Shown here: one piece after another, positions 24,882 to 35,235 of the stretch
How the letters are laid out: each line of letters opens with the position of its first letter
Numbering within the stretch: position 1 is the first letter of the stretch
Origin: a virus
DNA: 51,124 bases
Strand: one strand, 5' to 3'
IMG/VR virus record: IMGVR_UViG_3300048851_000137
Span: 1 to 51,124 of that record
The notes under the pieces: model-generated
What the model was told of the DNA's origin: nothing
What the model saw: only the letters and a program-made list of their open reading frames with translations
The model's database searches: none
Made by a program: the position numbers and the translations under genes

Positions 24882-26183
24882 ATGCCCAACCTGGCGCATG
24901 TGGCGGCGCGCATCTTCGGCACGCCGCTGCTGATGCATGAGGCGAAGCTGCACGCCATCCTGGGTGGCCTCGGCCCCCGGCTCGGTCTGCAGCCGCAGGC
25001 CTTCGACGACGACGAAGGGGGCAGGGGCTCCCGCCCCCCTCAGCGCCCCTATCTGGTGACCGGCAGCGGGGTGGCCATCATCCCGGTGGTCGGCATCCTG
25101 GTGAACCGGGCTGGGCAGATCACCCCGGACAGCCAGGAGCTGCGGTCCTACAGCACCATCCTCCGCGACATGGCCATGGCCGATGCCGATCCGGCGGTGC
25201 GCGGCATGGTTTTCGATGTCGATAGCCCCGGCGGTGAATGCGCCAACGCCTTCGAGCTGTCGGCGAAGATCCGCAGCATGCGCGGCCGCAAGCCCATGAT
25301 CGCCGTCGCCAATGGCTACGCCTATTCGGCGGCCTATGCCGTGGCCTCGGCGGCGGATCAGATTTGGCTGCCGGAATCCGGCGGCGTCGGGTCGATCGGC
25401 ATCGTCGCGGTGCATGTCGACCAGTCGAAGCGCGACGCCCAGCAGGGCCTGGCCTTCGACTACATCTTCGCCGGCAGCAAGAAGGTCGACGGGCACAGCC
25501 ACGCCCCGCTCAGTGAAGGCGCTCGCGCCGACCTGCTGGGCGAGGTGCAGCGCCTCTACGGCATGTTCACCAGCCTCGTGGCCGCAAATCGCGGCATCAG
25601 CGAGGCCGAAGCTCGGGCGACAGAGGCCGGCTGCTTCTACGGCAGCAAGGCTATTTCCGCCCGCCTTGCCGATCGCATCGGCACCCTTTCCGAAGCCGTG
25701 ACCGAAGTCGCCCGGCTTGCGGATGCAGCGGCCACCAGCGCGCCAGGCGGCTTGTCGCCGCGCGACAACACCAGCTTGGGAAACAACATGACCCAGTCCA
25801 ATTCCACCGCCCCCGACGCCGCCGAGGGCGCGCCCGTGATCGCCGCCGGCACCACGACCCAGCCGCCGGCCGGTGCCCCGCAGGGGGCCGCCCAGCCCGG
25901 TACCGCGGCGCCGGGCCTGACCGCCGAGGATTGCGCCGCCATCGCCGAGATCTGTGCCCTGGCCGGCCGGGCGGGGGAAGCGCCGGGCTTCATCCGTGCC
26001 GGCAAGACCCGCGGCGAGGTGTCCGAGGCGCTGCTGCGCGCCCGGGCCACGACCCAGGAGCAGACGCCCATCAGCGGGGCGCACGGCATCGCCGAAGCGA
26101 CCGGCACCCGCAGCGCCGATCCCGCCGATCCACACGGCTGGAATGCCTCCACCGACCGCGTTTGCGGCAAGCAGGGGATCTGA
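24882..26183 (+). CDS. S49-family (ClpP-fold) prohead protease/scaffold, lambda gpC-like
   Basis: VRGMVFDVDSPGGECANAFELSAKI...IAVANGYAYSAAYAVASAADQIWLPESGGVGSIGIV. Ala/Pro-rich C-terminal extension. Confidence 0.88.
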   Translation: MPNLAHVAARIFGTPLLMHEAKLHAILGGLGPRLGLQPQAFDDDEGGRGSRPPQRPYLVTGSGVAIIPVVGILVNRAGQITPDSQELRSYSTILRDMAMADADPAVRGMVFDVDSPGGECANAFELSAKIRSMRGRKPMIAVANGYAYSAAYAVASAADQIWLPESGGVGSIGIVAVHVDQSKRDAQQGLAFDYIFAGSKKVDGHSHAPLSEGARADLLGEVQRLYGMFTSLVAANRGISEAEARATEAGCFYGSKAISARLADRIGTLSEAVTEVARLADAAATSAPGGLSPRDNTSLGNNMTQSNSTAPDAAEGAPVIAAGTTTQPPAGAPQGAAQPGTAAPGLTAEDCAAIAEICALAGRAGEAPGFIRAGKTRGEVSEALLRARATTQEQTPISGAHGIAEATGTRSADPADPHGWNASTDRVCGKQGI

Positions 26184-26186
26184 TCC

Positions 26187-26552
26187 ATGGCTACCGTTCC
26201 GTACGGCCGGGGTGCCGGCCACTTCATCGCTGGCGAATCCAACTTCTGGCGCTCGCGCCAGCATGAGGTGCTGATCACCGGTCAGAACCTCGTCGCCGGC
26301 ACCGTGCTGGGTCGCATCACCGCGAGCGGCAAGCTGACCATCCTGGCTCCGGGGGCTTCGGATGGCAGCCAGAACGCTGTCGGCGTGCTCTTCGACGACA
26401 CCGATGCCACGGCCGAAGACAAGCGCGTCGTGCTGCTGGCCCGGGACTTCGAGGCCGATGGCGCGGTGCTCACCTGGCCCGCCGGCATCACCTCCCCCCA
26501 GAAAGTCACCGCGACCGCCGCCATGCTGGCGCTCGGCATCGTGATCCGCTGA
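26187..26552 (+). CDS. Head decoration protein, lambda gpD-like
   Basis: 121 aa between the protease and the capsid gene. VAGTVLGRITASGKLTILAPGASDGSQNAVGVLFDDTDATAEDKRV pattern. Confidence 0.8.
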   Translation: MATVPYGRGAGHFIAGESNFWRSRQHEVLITGQNLVAGTVLGRITASGKLTILAPGASDGSQNAVGVLFDDTDATAEDKRVVLLARDFEADGAVLTWPAGITSPQKVTATAAMLALGIVIR

Positions 26553-26565
26553 AGGACAACGCCCC

Positions 26566-27579
26566 ATGGCCGCCCTCGATATCCTGAGCAACCCCGCCTT
26601 CGCGCCGATCCCGCTGACGCGCGCGGCCCGCCGGCTGCCCTACGTGCCGCAGTTTCTCGGCTCGCTGAATCTCTTCGACGTGGACCGTATTCGCACCAGC
26701 ATGGTCGCGATCCGCTCCATGGACGGCAAGCTGGCGCTGATCCCGACCACCGAACGGGGCGGCGATCCGGTGCTCGGCCAGAGCGATGCGGGCGAGGAGG
26801 TCTACTTCAAGACGCCGCGGCTCGCGAAGCGCCAGCGCAAGCAGGCGCACGAACTGCAGAACCTGCGGGACTTCGAGAACCCGGATCAGTTCGTGGCGGT
26901 GCAGGACTATATCACCCGCATCCAGGCGTCGCAGCGCCGCGACATGGAGCTGACGCACGAATTCCACCGCCTGGGTGCCATCCAGGGCAAGCTGCTGGAT
27001 GCCAATGGCACCACGGTGCTGGCGAACTTCTTCACCCGGTTCAACATCGCCGAGCCGGCGCTGCTGGACTTCGAGCTGGATGACCCGGCGACCGATGTCC
27101 GGGCAAAGTGCACGGCGGTGAAGCGCGCCATGACCCTGGCCGGCAAGGGCGTGATTCTGCCCACCACCCGCATCTACGCGCTGGCCGGCGACAACTTCTT
27201 CGACCTGCTGGTGGGGCATGCCAAGGTGGTCGATACCTTCCGCTACCAGGAAGGCCAGCGCCTGCGCGACAACATGGCCTACACCAGCTTCGACTTCGGC
27301 GGCATCACCTGGGTGAACTACCGCGGCACCGATACTGCCAGCCCGGTGGCCATCCCCACGGATGAGGCGCGGTTCTTCCCGGTGGGTGCGCCAGGCGTCT
27401 TTGGCGTCTCGTTCTCCCCCTTCGAAGGGCAGGACTTCGTCAACACGCCCGGCGAGGATGTCTATTCCATTGTCGTGCGCGACATGGAGCGTGGATTCTG
27501 GTTCCAGCCGGAGATCTACAGCTATCCGTTCCACTACTGCGCCCTGCCGGCGGTCCTGCAGCGCGCGAAGAAGTTCTGA
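26566..27579 (+). CDS. Major capsid protein, lambda gpE family
   Basis: 337 aa. MAALDILSNPAFAPIPLTRAARRLPYVPQFLGSLNLFD... is a typical Phage_cap_E N-terminus. Gene order D-E. Confidence 0.88.
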   Translation: MAALDILSNPAFAPIPLTRAARRLPYVPQFLGSLNLFDVDRIRTSMVAIRSMDGKLALIPTTERGGDPVLGQSDAGEEVYFKTPRLAKRQRKQAHELQNLRDFENPDQFVAVQDYITRIQASQRRDMELTHEFHRLGAIQGKLLDANGTTVLANFFTRFNIAEPALLDFELDDPATDVRAKCTAVKRAMTLAGKGVILPTTRIYALAGDNFFDLLVGHAKVVDTFRYQEGQRLRDNMAYTSFDFGGITWVNYRGTDTASPVAIPTDEARFFPVGAPGVFGVSFSPFEGQDFVNTPGEDVYSIVVRDMERGFWFQPEIYSYPFHYCALPAVLQRAKKF

Positions 27580-27589
27580 GCGCGTCGCC

Positions 27590-27916
27590 ATGGACGATCC
27601 ATTCGCCATGGCGGCAGAGGATCTGGCGCAATCGGACCTGGCCACGAAGGTCTCCTACCAGTTCGCCGGCGGCGGCCCATCCTTACCCGACGTGCCGCTG
27701 ATCTTCACGGAAGTGGAGGAGGAGGCCGAAGGCCCGGGGGGCGGCAGGATCATGGCAATCCGCACGGAAGCCATTGTGACCGCCGCTGTCCTTGCCCCTG
27801 GCCGCCCCCAGAAGGGCGACCTGATTGGGTTGGGAGCCACGGGTGGCTGGCGGGTCGCGTCAGTGCGGCAGGACGCCAGGGGCGTTCGCTTCATCCTCGG
27901 CCTCGGCCGCCAGTAG
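27590..27916 (+). CDS. Putative head-tail connector/completion protein (108 aa)
   Basis: Position directly after the capsid gene. ATG 27590 (internal to the track ORF). Confidence 0.5.
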   Translation: MDDPFAMAAEDLAQSDLATKVSYQFAGGGPSLPDVPLIFTEVEEEAEGPGGGRIMAIRTEAIVTAAVLAPGRPQKGDLIGLGATGGWRVASVRQDARGVRFILGLGRQ

Positions 27917-27928
27917 CAGGAGCCAGAC

Positions 27929-28414
27929 ATGCCCAGAGTTGCCCTCCGCGAGGCTGTCTTTGAGGCGCTGAAGAATGCCGTGGCGTCGGCGTTGCCGGAT
28001 GCTGAGGTTACCCGCAACGACCCGGACCCGGCCTCTTCCGAGGCGGTGTTCCCGCGAATCAACACCCTGGATGGCCGCCATACCACTTCGGAGACGGAGA
28101 CGGCCGGCGAGGTCTTCTACAGCTTCGAATGGATGGTCGAAGGCTGGGTGAAGATCCAGACCGACGATCTGCGGCTGTCACTGGCCTCGGACCTGAATGC
28201 GCTGCAGGCAGCGGTAATCGAGGCTATGGTGCTGGAGGGCGCACTGGAGCTGCCGTTCCAGGAAGGGACGCTGGAGATCTGGGTGGAAGAGCCCGACTTC
28301 GACCTGGCCATTCAGGGTGTCACGACCAACCAGACCCCGACTGCCAGCTTTCTGCAGTCCTACGAGGTGACGCTGCGCTGGCCGCGCGGGCGGCCCTTCA
28401 TCGATCTGCTGTAA
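27929..28414 (+). CDS. Putative tail completion/terminator protein (161 aa)
   Basis: Position in the head-tail joining block. No motif recognised. Confidence 0.5.
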   Translation: MPRVALREAVFEALKNAVASALPDAEVTRNDPDPASSEAVFPRINTLDGRHTTSETETAGEVFYSFEWMVEGWVKIQTDDLRLSLASDLNALQAAVIEAMVLEGALELPFQEGTLEIWVEEPDFDLAIQGVTTNQTPTASFLQSYEVTLRWPRGRPFIDLL

Positions 28415-28431
28415 CCGCTCTGGAGATCTCC

Positions 28432-28686
28432 ATGACCGAAGTGACCCCCGCTGCGGCCTTGCCCGCGGCGATCGACACCGTGCCAGTAACGCCAGCCGAA
28501 ACCGTGTTGCCGCCGCTGCGGCGGGTGCTGGCCATCAAGCCCATCGCGCGTGAACTGGGCGTCGAGATCGCGCCCGGCCAGATCGCCTGGCTGCCGGCAC
28601 TGGTCGCCGAGGCCGAGATTGATGCGGGCAATGCCAGCGACCCGGATGCGAAAGAGCCTCCGGCGAAGACCAAGCCCAAGACCTGA
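28432..28686 (+). CDS. Hypothetical structural-module protein (84 aa)
   Basis: ATG 28432, 6 nt after GGAG. Confidence 0.5.
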   Translation: MTEVTPAAALPAAIDTVPVTPAETVLPPLRRVLAIKPIARELGVEIAPGQIAWLPALVAEAEIDAGNASDPDAKEPPAKTKPKT

Positions 28687-28739
28687 GCCTCGCCACAACC
28701 CGGCGAGACCACTGACCTTACCACCAGGAGGCACGGCTT

Positions 28740-29915
28740 ATGGCCGAAACCATTCGCATCCGGCTGTCGGCCGTGGCCGTCAAGACCGAGACGACGGCCG
28801 GGCAGGACGCATTCGGCGGCTCAGCCCCCGCTGCGTCGGACTGTATCGGCGCGGAGATGAGCTTCACGCTGCCGCAGCAGTCGGTGGCCGATCCCAGCGC
28901 CACGGGCTCCTTCGACACGCTACCGCCGATCCCGACCGGCATTCGGCCGCAGATTACCCTGCGAGTGCCGCTGCGCGGCAGCGGCCTGGCTGCCGTGGCG
29001 CCGGAGTGGGGCAAGCTCATGATGGCCTGCCGCTTCGAGGAGGTGCAGCAGGCAGCACCCGTTGGCGCACCCACCGCGGCCACAGCTGGCAGCGCCACCT
29101 CGGCCACCTTGGGCACGCCGTTCGCGGCGAACGCGCAGGCCTATCGCGGCATGCCGGTCCAGCTCAGCGGTAACCCGGCCGTGGTCAAGAATTCGGTCAT
29201 CATGGACTACTCGGCCGGCAAGGTCGCGGTGCTGCCCGAAACCTTCAACCCGATCCTCAGCACTGCCACGCTGGCCCTGATCCCGATCAACTTCCTCTAC
29301 CGCCTCACCGACGATGAGACCCTGTTCCGGCCGGTGACGATCTACGGCTATCGCGGCGGAATGCGCTGGCGCTTCGTGGGCTGCAAGGGGAACGTAGCGC
29401 TGGAAATGGCGGCGGGGCAGCCAGCCTTCCTGACCTTCACCATGCGCGGCCAGTTGCTCGGCGCCTACGAAGCCGCCGCGCTGCCGCTCGGCTGGAACAG
29501 CGCCATCCGGCCGCAGGTGCCGATCTGGGCCAATGGCCTGTCGCGGCTGGACCGGGCCCTCGCCCGCTGCGCCCGCTACACCTGGAACGCCAACGTCACG
29601 ATGTACGATCCGGAAAATCCGGAGGCGCCGCAGGGATACGACAGCCCCGAGATCACCGGGGCCTCTGGCAGCGTGACCATCGATCCCTTCACCACCACCA
29701 CGAACAGCCCGGGGCGTTTCGGCAAGTTCCAGGTGGGCAACTCTCTGCCCTTCGCCGGCATGCTCGGCTCAGCCGTCGGCAACCGCATCGCGGTGACCAA
29801 TCCCTCGCTGCGGATCACCGCCTATGAGGATGGCAACCGTGGCGACATGGGCGTCGACAACCTGACGCTGATGCCGGATGTCCCCGGCGCCGGCATGTTC
29901 ATCTCCGTCTACTGA
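28740..29915 (+). CDS. Putative major tail tube protein
   Basis: 391 aa. AGGAGG upstream. Immediately precedes the chaperone pair and tape measure. Confidence 0.6.
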   Translation: MAETIRIRLSAVAVKTETTAGQDAFGGSAPAASDCIGAEMSFTLPQQSVADPSATGSFDTLPPIPTGIRPQITLRVPLRGSGLAAVAPEWGKLMMACRFEEVQQAAPVGAPTAATAGSATSATLGTPFAANAQAYRGMPVQLSGNPAVVKNSVIMDYSAGKVAVLPETFNPILSTATLALIPINFLYRLTDDETLFRPVTIYGYRGGMRWRFVGCKGNVALEMAAGQPAFLTFTMRGQLLGAYEAAALPLGWNSAIRPQVPIWANGLSRLDRALARCARYTWNANVTMYDPENPEAPQGYDSPEITGASGSVTIDPFTTTTNSPGRFGKFQVGNSLPFAGMLGSAVGNRIAVTNPSLRITAYEDGNRGDMGVDNLTLMPDVPGAGMFISVY

Positions 29916-29923
29916 GGGCACCC

Positions 29924-30517
29924 ATGGACATCGTCACCGGCGCGGACTTCCGCGTCATCGTCAGGCTGGAGGGCGGGCGCAACTATACGCTCGCCGCTCC
30001 CTCCTTCGGCCAGGTCGGGCGCTTTGTGGAAGCCTCGGCATCCAAGATGCGCCCCCGTCCCGCGGTTATCATGGAGGAGGTGCGCGAGGCCCTCCGCCGC
30101 CTTGGCCGGGACGATCAGATCAGCGTGGTCGATGAGTATGAAGAGGCCGATGGCCACTTCCATGCTCTGCTGGTGTCCTTCAGCGGCGACGTGCCGGAAG
30201 CGCGGGAGCAGATCGCGCAGGCGCGGGAGCGCAAGATGCGCGCCGAGCGTGCCCAGGCCCGTGTCGAATGGCTGGTCCGCGAGGATGCCGATCTGCTGGC
30301 CATGCGGGCAGCGGAAGGGCGGCTCGGCCGCGAGGAACACCTTTCCCTGCTGGAGGTCTGCCTGAAGACCTGGGAAGGCGAGGGGCTGCCGCTGCCGCCC
30401 GAGGGGGATCTGACTGCCGCCTTCATCGCCGAGAAGTTCCCCGCCGGTGATGTCGCCGTGCTGGGCGCGCGGGCCATGGGCCTGATGCAGCCCACGAAGG
30501 AAGCGGCGGGAAACTGA
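29924..30517 (+). CDS. Tail assembly chaperone (lambda gpG analogue)
   Basis: 197 aa, acidic, directly upstream of the tape measure. Ends 1 codon after a GGGAAAC slippery heptamer. Confidence 0.75.
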   Translation: MDIVTGADFRVIVRLEGGRNYTLAAPSFGQVGRFVEASASKMRPRPAVIMEEVREALRRLGRDDQISVVDEYEEADGHFHALLVSFSGDVPEAREQIAQARERKMRAERAQARVEWLVREDADLLAMRAAEGRLGREEHLSLLEVCLKTWEGEGLPLPPEGDLTAAFIAEKFPAGDVAVLGARAMGLMQPTKEAAGN

Positions 30518-30807
30518 AGGCGGCCCTGGCGGTCATGCGGGCGAAGCCAGGGGCGTATCCGCAGACAGCTCGCCCGCCGGAGGGCGGCAACTGGCAGGCC
30601 GGCGGGCGGGAGTGGCGGATCAATCCCCGCTACGCGCTGCCGGAAGCCTATTTCCATGTGGTCGGGCTCTGGAACCGCTGTCAGGGCGGCATGGGCGGTT
30701 ATGCCCAGCTGCCGGAGCCCGGCGGGATGAACGCCCAGCCGGCCTGGCTGATCAATGCCTTCGGCGTGCTCAGCGCAGCCGAAGCAGAGGCTCGCCCCGA
30801 CCCCTAG
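29924..30807 (+). CDS. Frameshifted tail assembly chaperone fusion (gpG-T analogue); join 29924..30514, 30514..30807
   Basis: After a -1 slip at 30508-30514 the reading is GGG AAA CTG AAG GCG..., which runs into the frame of track ORF 30535-30807 and ends 66 nt before the tape measure start. Confidence 0.7.
30508..30514 (+). other. Programmed -1 ribosomal frameshift slippery site G_GGA_AAC
   Basis: The heptamer is in X_XXY_YYZ phase with the 29924 frame (codons GGA 30509-30511, AAC 30512-30514, TGA 30515-30517). The -1 frame is open from 30451 to 30807. Confidence 0.8.
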
Positions 30808-30873
30808 CCCCGCTGCCAATCATCTTCCACCAGGCGCCCTTCGTGGCGCCTTTCTGCGTTCCGAGGGGGCACC

Positions 30874-33800
30874 ATGTCGGGCACCAGCAACCGGCTGAAC
30901 GTCGAGCTGACCGCTTCCGGGGCCGCCGCCGTCGAGGCGGAATTTGGCCGTTTGGAGGCAAAGCTCGGCACCCTCGGGGGCGCGCAGCGCAAGTATGAGC
31001 AGGATGTGGCGCTGGTCCAGCGCACGATGGAGCGGAACCCCGCCCTGATTGGGCGCGGGAATCAGGCTCTGGAAGCGCTCCACGCCAATTTTCAGAAGGG
31101 CAGCACCTCTGCCGGCGGATTCGCCTCCGCGCTGGATGGGATGCAGGGCGGCCTGGCCACCGTCGCGGGTCGTCTCGGCCCCGCCGGCGCCGCACTGACG
31201 GCCCTTGGCCCTGGCGGACTCGCGGCAGCGGCTGGCGTGGCGGCGCTGGGCGCGGCCCTGGTGCCGATCGCCCGGGCTGGCGACGACATGGTCGCTTCCC
31301 TGGGTCGTATTCGGGCGGCAACAGGCAGCATTGAATCCGCCGCCGCCGTTTATGACCAGCTCTACCGGATCAGCGTGCAGACGGGACAGAGCGTCTCCGA
31401 CAGTGCCTCGCAGTTCCAACGTTTCTCCATCGCGACCAAGGAAGTTGGGGCCACGAACGCCCAGGCGGTCAAGCTGGTGGAGACGCTGCAGAAGGCGGCG
31501 ATAGTCGGCGGCGCCTCGTCGCAGGAAGCATCCTCGGCCGCCCTGCAGCTTGGCCAGGCGCTGGCCTCCGGCGTGCTGCAGGGCGAGGAGCTGCGTTCGC
31601 TGCTGGAGAACATGCCAAACCTGGCGGTTGCTCTGGCCCAGCAGCTCGGTGTCGGCGTCGGCGAGCTGCGCAAGATGGGCTCGGAAGGCAAGCTGACGGC
31701 CGAGACGATCCTGCCGGCGCTGCTGCGCGCTGGCGAGGCCATCAACGGCGAATATGAGAAGATGCCGACGACGATGTCGCGGGCCTTCGATCAGCTCAAC
31801 ATCTCCAGCAGCAACTTTCTGGCGCGGATGGATCAGGCGCTTGGTCTCTCGCAGCGTATCGCCGCCCAGCTCGGGGCCGCAGCAAAGGCGCTGGACGGTC
31901 TCACCTCCAGGTCCTTCGCCTCTCCCGCGCAGGCGGAGCAGAACCGCTACTCGGATCTGTCTTCACGGGCTGAAGATCTGAGGGGGCGGATTCGAGCTTC
32001 GGAAGCAGAGGGACCTTCACTCACCGCTCGCACAGGTGGCTATCAGCGCCGCGCCCAGATCGTCGGCAACATGAATGCGGGCGGTGATCTTGTTGCCGAC
32101 ATGCGGGATGAGCTTGCCGCCATCGAGAAGGATATGGCGGCTTCCCAGGCGAATCGTCTGGCAATCCTGCGCGACGGTCGTGAGGACCAGGCGGCGGAGG
32201 AAGCTGACGCTGCCAACCGCCGGTTAGAGAATCAGCGCGCCGCGAATACCAAAGCGGTGGAGACGCTGCGGACCGGGCTCGACAAGGATCTGGCGACGCG
32301 CCAGGCCTGGCAGAAGAAGGTCGATGAGATCAATGGTCTCGTCGGCAAGCCCGGCGGTATCAGCGCGGCCGAAGGCGAGCGCCTGATCGCACTGGCTACC
32401 AAGGACCGCGATGAGGCCCTGAAGAAGCTGCAGGGGACGCAGAAGAAGGTTCGCGATGAGGATGCGGAGGAGATCTCCGCCATCATCCGTGAGCAGGGCA
32501 AGGCGCTGGAGCAGTACGAGGATCAGCAGAACCGGATCTTCGACAACGCCCAGAAGACCATCGAGGGCAATGAGGAGCAGATCCGGCTTCTGCAGACCGA
32601 AGCCGGGCTGCTAGGCGGCAATGCCGACGTGCGCGAGCGCGAGCTGGCGATCATGCGTGAGCGCAAGCGCATCACAGGCGAGCAGATCAAGGATGAGCAG
32701 CAGATCGCCACGCTGCTGGAGCAGGCGGGCAGGCTGTGGGATCAGAACCACGCGCTGGAGCAGCAGCGTAACAGCTTCACCGAGCTGGAGCGCCTCGGCA
32801 CGCAAGCTTTCGACCGCATCGGGTCTGCCATCACGCAGGCCTTCGCGAACGGCAGCCTGAAGGCGGTCGACTTCGGGAACATCGCGAAGGCCATCTTCTC
32901 GGAGGTGATCCAGTCCGCCGCGCGGATGGCGATCATCAACCCCATCCTGAACTCGGCCTTCGGCGGCACCCGCGGCACCTTCAGCGGGCTTGGCGGCGGG
33001 AACGGTCAGGTCATCGCCGGAGGCGCTGGCCAGCCCTCGCTCATGGACATCGGCGGCGGCCTCTACAAGCTGACGGGGTCAAGCGGAACCGGCGGCAGCT
33101 TGATGAGCAGCGCGGGGACCTGGGTCAACGACACTGCCGCGAGCTGGGCACCTAGCCTCTTCTCCGGAAGCAGCCAGGCCACCACCACGGCGCTGGGGAA
33201 CATGGGCGCGGCAACCTACGGGCCCGCCACGCCTGCGGCGGTCCAGGCGGCCTCCACCGGGACCTTCACGCAATATGCCGGCGGCGCCCTCGGCTTGGCT
33301 GGCGGCGCGTATGGCCTTTACTCGGCGGCCCAGACCGGCGGCGCCAAGGGATGGGCGCAGGGCATTGGCGGTGCGGCCAGCATTGCTGGTGGTGCGGCCA
33401 CCTTGGCGGGTGCTGCTGGGATTGGTGGCGCGGCCCTGACCAGCGGTGCCGCCGTGGCGGCGACCACCACGGCGGCCAGCGTGGCGGGCCTGGGCGGCGC
33501 TGCGGCCGGGACCGGGGCGGCGGCAGCGGGGCTGGGTGCGGCAGGCGGCGCCATTGCGGCGATCGGCGCCGTCGCCCCGTACATCGCGGTTGCGGCCTTG
33601 ATCGCCAGCTACTTCCTGACCGGTCAGAAGCCCAGCGATAGGACCGGCACGGCGCTGTTCAATCTGGATAGCGGCGAGGTCCGGGAAGGCGGTCTCGAAG
33701 GGGTTCGGCGGTCCGATGAGAACCGCCAGGCTGCTATGGATATGGGGCGCAGCCTGTCCGATGTGGCCGGCACCTTGCGCGCTGCCATGGGCGTGGATCG

Positions 33801-35235
33801 CACCCCCGTCGCCTATGAAATCGCCTATGGCAATAGGGACGGTATTCACGCGACTTTTCTTGACCAGTCCCGCACCTACGACCGGAGCGAGGAAGGCGCG
33901 CAGCAGCTCACCAAGGACATCACCCAGGCGTTCGTGCAGAGCATGCGGTCGATGGCCTCGGGCGAGGTACAGGCTGTGGTGGATCACTCTGGCGGCGACA
34001 CGGCGAAGCTGCTGGAGAATCTGGACTGGTACCGCTCCGTCTATGAGCCGCTGAAATCCGCCATGGATGCCGGCGCGACCGCGACCAATGCCTTCGCGGC
34101 GCAGCAGGAGGAGCTGCGCAAGGGCTACGATGAGATGACCACCAAGGCCCGGGATCTTGGCCTGGCTACCAGCGTGGTCACGGCCGAATACGAGCGGCAA
34201 AGGAACGCCGCACTCGATGCCCGCAATGAGCAGGTTCTGACCATCGAGCAAACGCTGCGCGAGCGTACCCGGACCGCGACGGGCCTGCCGGGCTCGGTCA
34301 GCGTTGTGATGCAGGAATTCGAGGCGGCAGCGGACAGCCAGCGCAAAGCCCTCAAGGCGCAGCTGGAGACGCTGGGCACCCCGGTGGAATGGATCAACAA
34401 CGTCCTGGCCCTCTTCGGCACCACGATCGATGCCGAGCGTGAAGCCAATCTGAAGGCAGCCACGGCCAACGATATCATCGCAAGCCGGGCTGGGCAGAAC
34501 CAGGTGGTCGGAAACTGGCAGCGCCTGACCGGGCTCGCCTCTCGCTACGAGGCGGCCACGTCCAGCGATGGCCGGGCTTCGCTAGAAGCCACGACCGCCG
34601 CTTTCGACGCTGCGGCAGCGCGGGAGCGGAGCGAGACCTTTGAGGCCCTGGTGCAGCAGGGCCTGAATGGTACCGAACTCATGTTCCGGACCATGGCCGA
34701 TCTGGAGCGGGCTTCCGCGGCGGAGCGCATCAAGCTGATCCAGGACTACTCGGCTCAGGCCAGGGCGGCGGAGGAGCAGGCCCAGGCCAGCAGCTTGCAG
34801 GCGCAGCTCAGCGCCCTGCAGGAGCTTCAGTCTCAGGCCGGCGTGCTGTCGAGCTTCCTGGATCAGCAGGCTGTGAGTGGCGTTGGGGTGTCGCCGCAGA
34901 ACAGCTTCCTGGCCGCGCAGCAGCAGTATGCGCAGGCGCTGGAAGAGGCTCGGAATGGCGGCGATCTGTCGGCTTATACCGGCGCGGCCAATACGCTGCT
35001 CAGTGCGAGCAACGCCTATCTGGGCACGGGTGCAGAAGCAGCAAACATCCGCCAGCAGGTTCTGAGCGCAACCAGTAGCCTGGGCGCATCTCTCAACCTG
35101 CCTGGCTTCTCTGCAAATCTGGAGGCCGGCATGACGCGCGTGGTTGATCGGCTTGGCGAGAAGGTCTTGCCTTTGGGGGAGCAGGTCTCCCGACTGGCGG
35201 ATGAGCTGCGGGCGCAGCGGCTCAGGGCGGCATGA
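30874..35235 (+). CDS. Tail tape measure protein
   Basis: 1453 aa. Helical Ala/Gln/Glu-rich sequence with a Gly/Ala-rich hydrophobic block. Canonical position after the G/G-T pair. Confidence 0.92.
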   Translation: MSGTSNRLNVELTASGAAAVEAEFGRLEAKLGTLGGAQRKYEQDVALVQRTMERNPALIGRGNQALEALHANFQKGSTSAGGFASALDGMQGGLATVAGRLGPAGAALTALGPGGLAAAAGVAALGAALVPIARAGDDMVASLGRIRAATGSIESAAAVYDQLYRISVQTGQSVSDSASQFQRFSIATKEVGATNAQAVKLVETLQKAAIVGGASSQEASSAALQLGQALASGVLQGEELRSLLENMPNLAVALAQQLGVGVGELRKMGSEGKLTAETILPALLRAGEAINGEYEKMPTTMSRAFDQLNISSSNFLARMDQALGLSQRIAAQLGAAAKALDGLTSRSFASPAQAEQNRYSDLSSRAEDLRGRIRASEAEGPSLTARTGGYQRRAQIVGNMNAGGDLVADMRDELAAIEKDMAASQANRLAILRDGREDQAAEEADAANRRLENQRAANTKAVETLRTGLDKDLATRQAWQKKVDEINGLVGKPGGISAAEGERLIALATKDRDEALKKLQGTQKKVRDEDAEEISAIIREQGKALEQYEDQQNRIFDNAQKTIEGNEEQIRLLQTEAGLLGGNADVRERELAIMRERKRITGEQIKDEQQIATLLEQAGRLWDQNHALEQQRNSFTELERLGTQAFDRIGSAITQAFANGSLKAVDFGNIAKAIFSEVIQSAARMAIINPILNSAFGGTRGTFSGLGGGNGQVIAGGAGQPSLMDIGGGLYKLTGSSGTGGSLMSSAGTWVNDTAASWAPSLFSGSSQATTTALGNMGAATYGPATPAAVQAASTGTFTQYAGGALGLAGGAYGLYSAAQTGGAKGWAQGIGGAASIAGGAATLAGAAGIGGAALTSGAAVAATTTAASVAGLGGAAAGTGAAAAGLGAAGGAIAAIGAVAPYIAVAALIASYFLTGQKPSDRTGTALFNLDSGEVREGGLEGVRRSDENRQAAMDMGRSLSDVAGTLRAAMGVDRTPVAYEIAYGNRDGIHATFLDQSRTYDRSEEGAQQLTKDITQAFVQSMRSMASGEVQAVVDHSGGDTAKLLENLDWYRSVYEPLKSAMDAGATATNAFAAQQEELRKGYDEMTTKARDLGLATSVVTAEYERQRNAALDARNEQVLTIEQTLRERTRTATGLPGSVSVVMQEFEAAADSQRKALKAQLETLGTPVEWINNVLALFGTTIDAEREANLKAATANDIIASRAGQNQVVGNWQRLTGLASRYEAATSSDGRASLEATTAAFDAAAARERSETFEALVQQGLNGTELMFRTMADLERASAAERIKLIQDYSAQARAAEEQAQASSLQAQLSALQELQSQAGVLSSFLDQQAVSGVGVSPQNSFLAAQQQYAQALEEARNGGDLSAYTGAANTLLSASNAYLGTGAEAANIRQQVLSATSSLGASLNLPGFSANLEAGMTRVVDRLGEKVLPLGEQVSRLADELRAQRLRAA

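Noticed and set aside
23577-26591. 1004-aa ORF on the minus strand, the longest antisense ORF in the track
   Set aside because: It lies antisense to the portal, S49 protease and decoration genes, whose products have clear family motifs. Its translation is Gly/Arg/Ala/Pro-rich low complexity, typical of stop-poor antisense frames in high-GC DNA.
33000-33620. Gly/Ala-rich low-complexity DNA inside the tape measure gene as a tandem repeat or VNTR
   Set aside because: I could read no fixed repeat period. It encodes a hydrophobic Gly/Ala-rich segment of the kind common in tape measure proteins.
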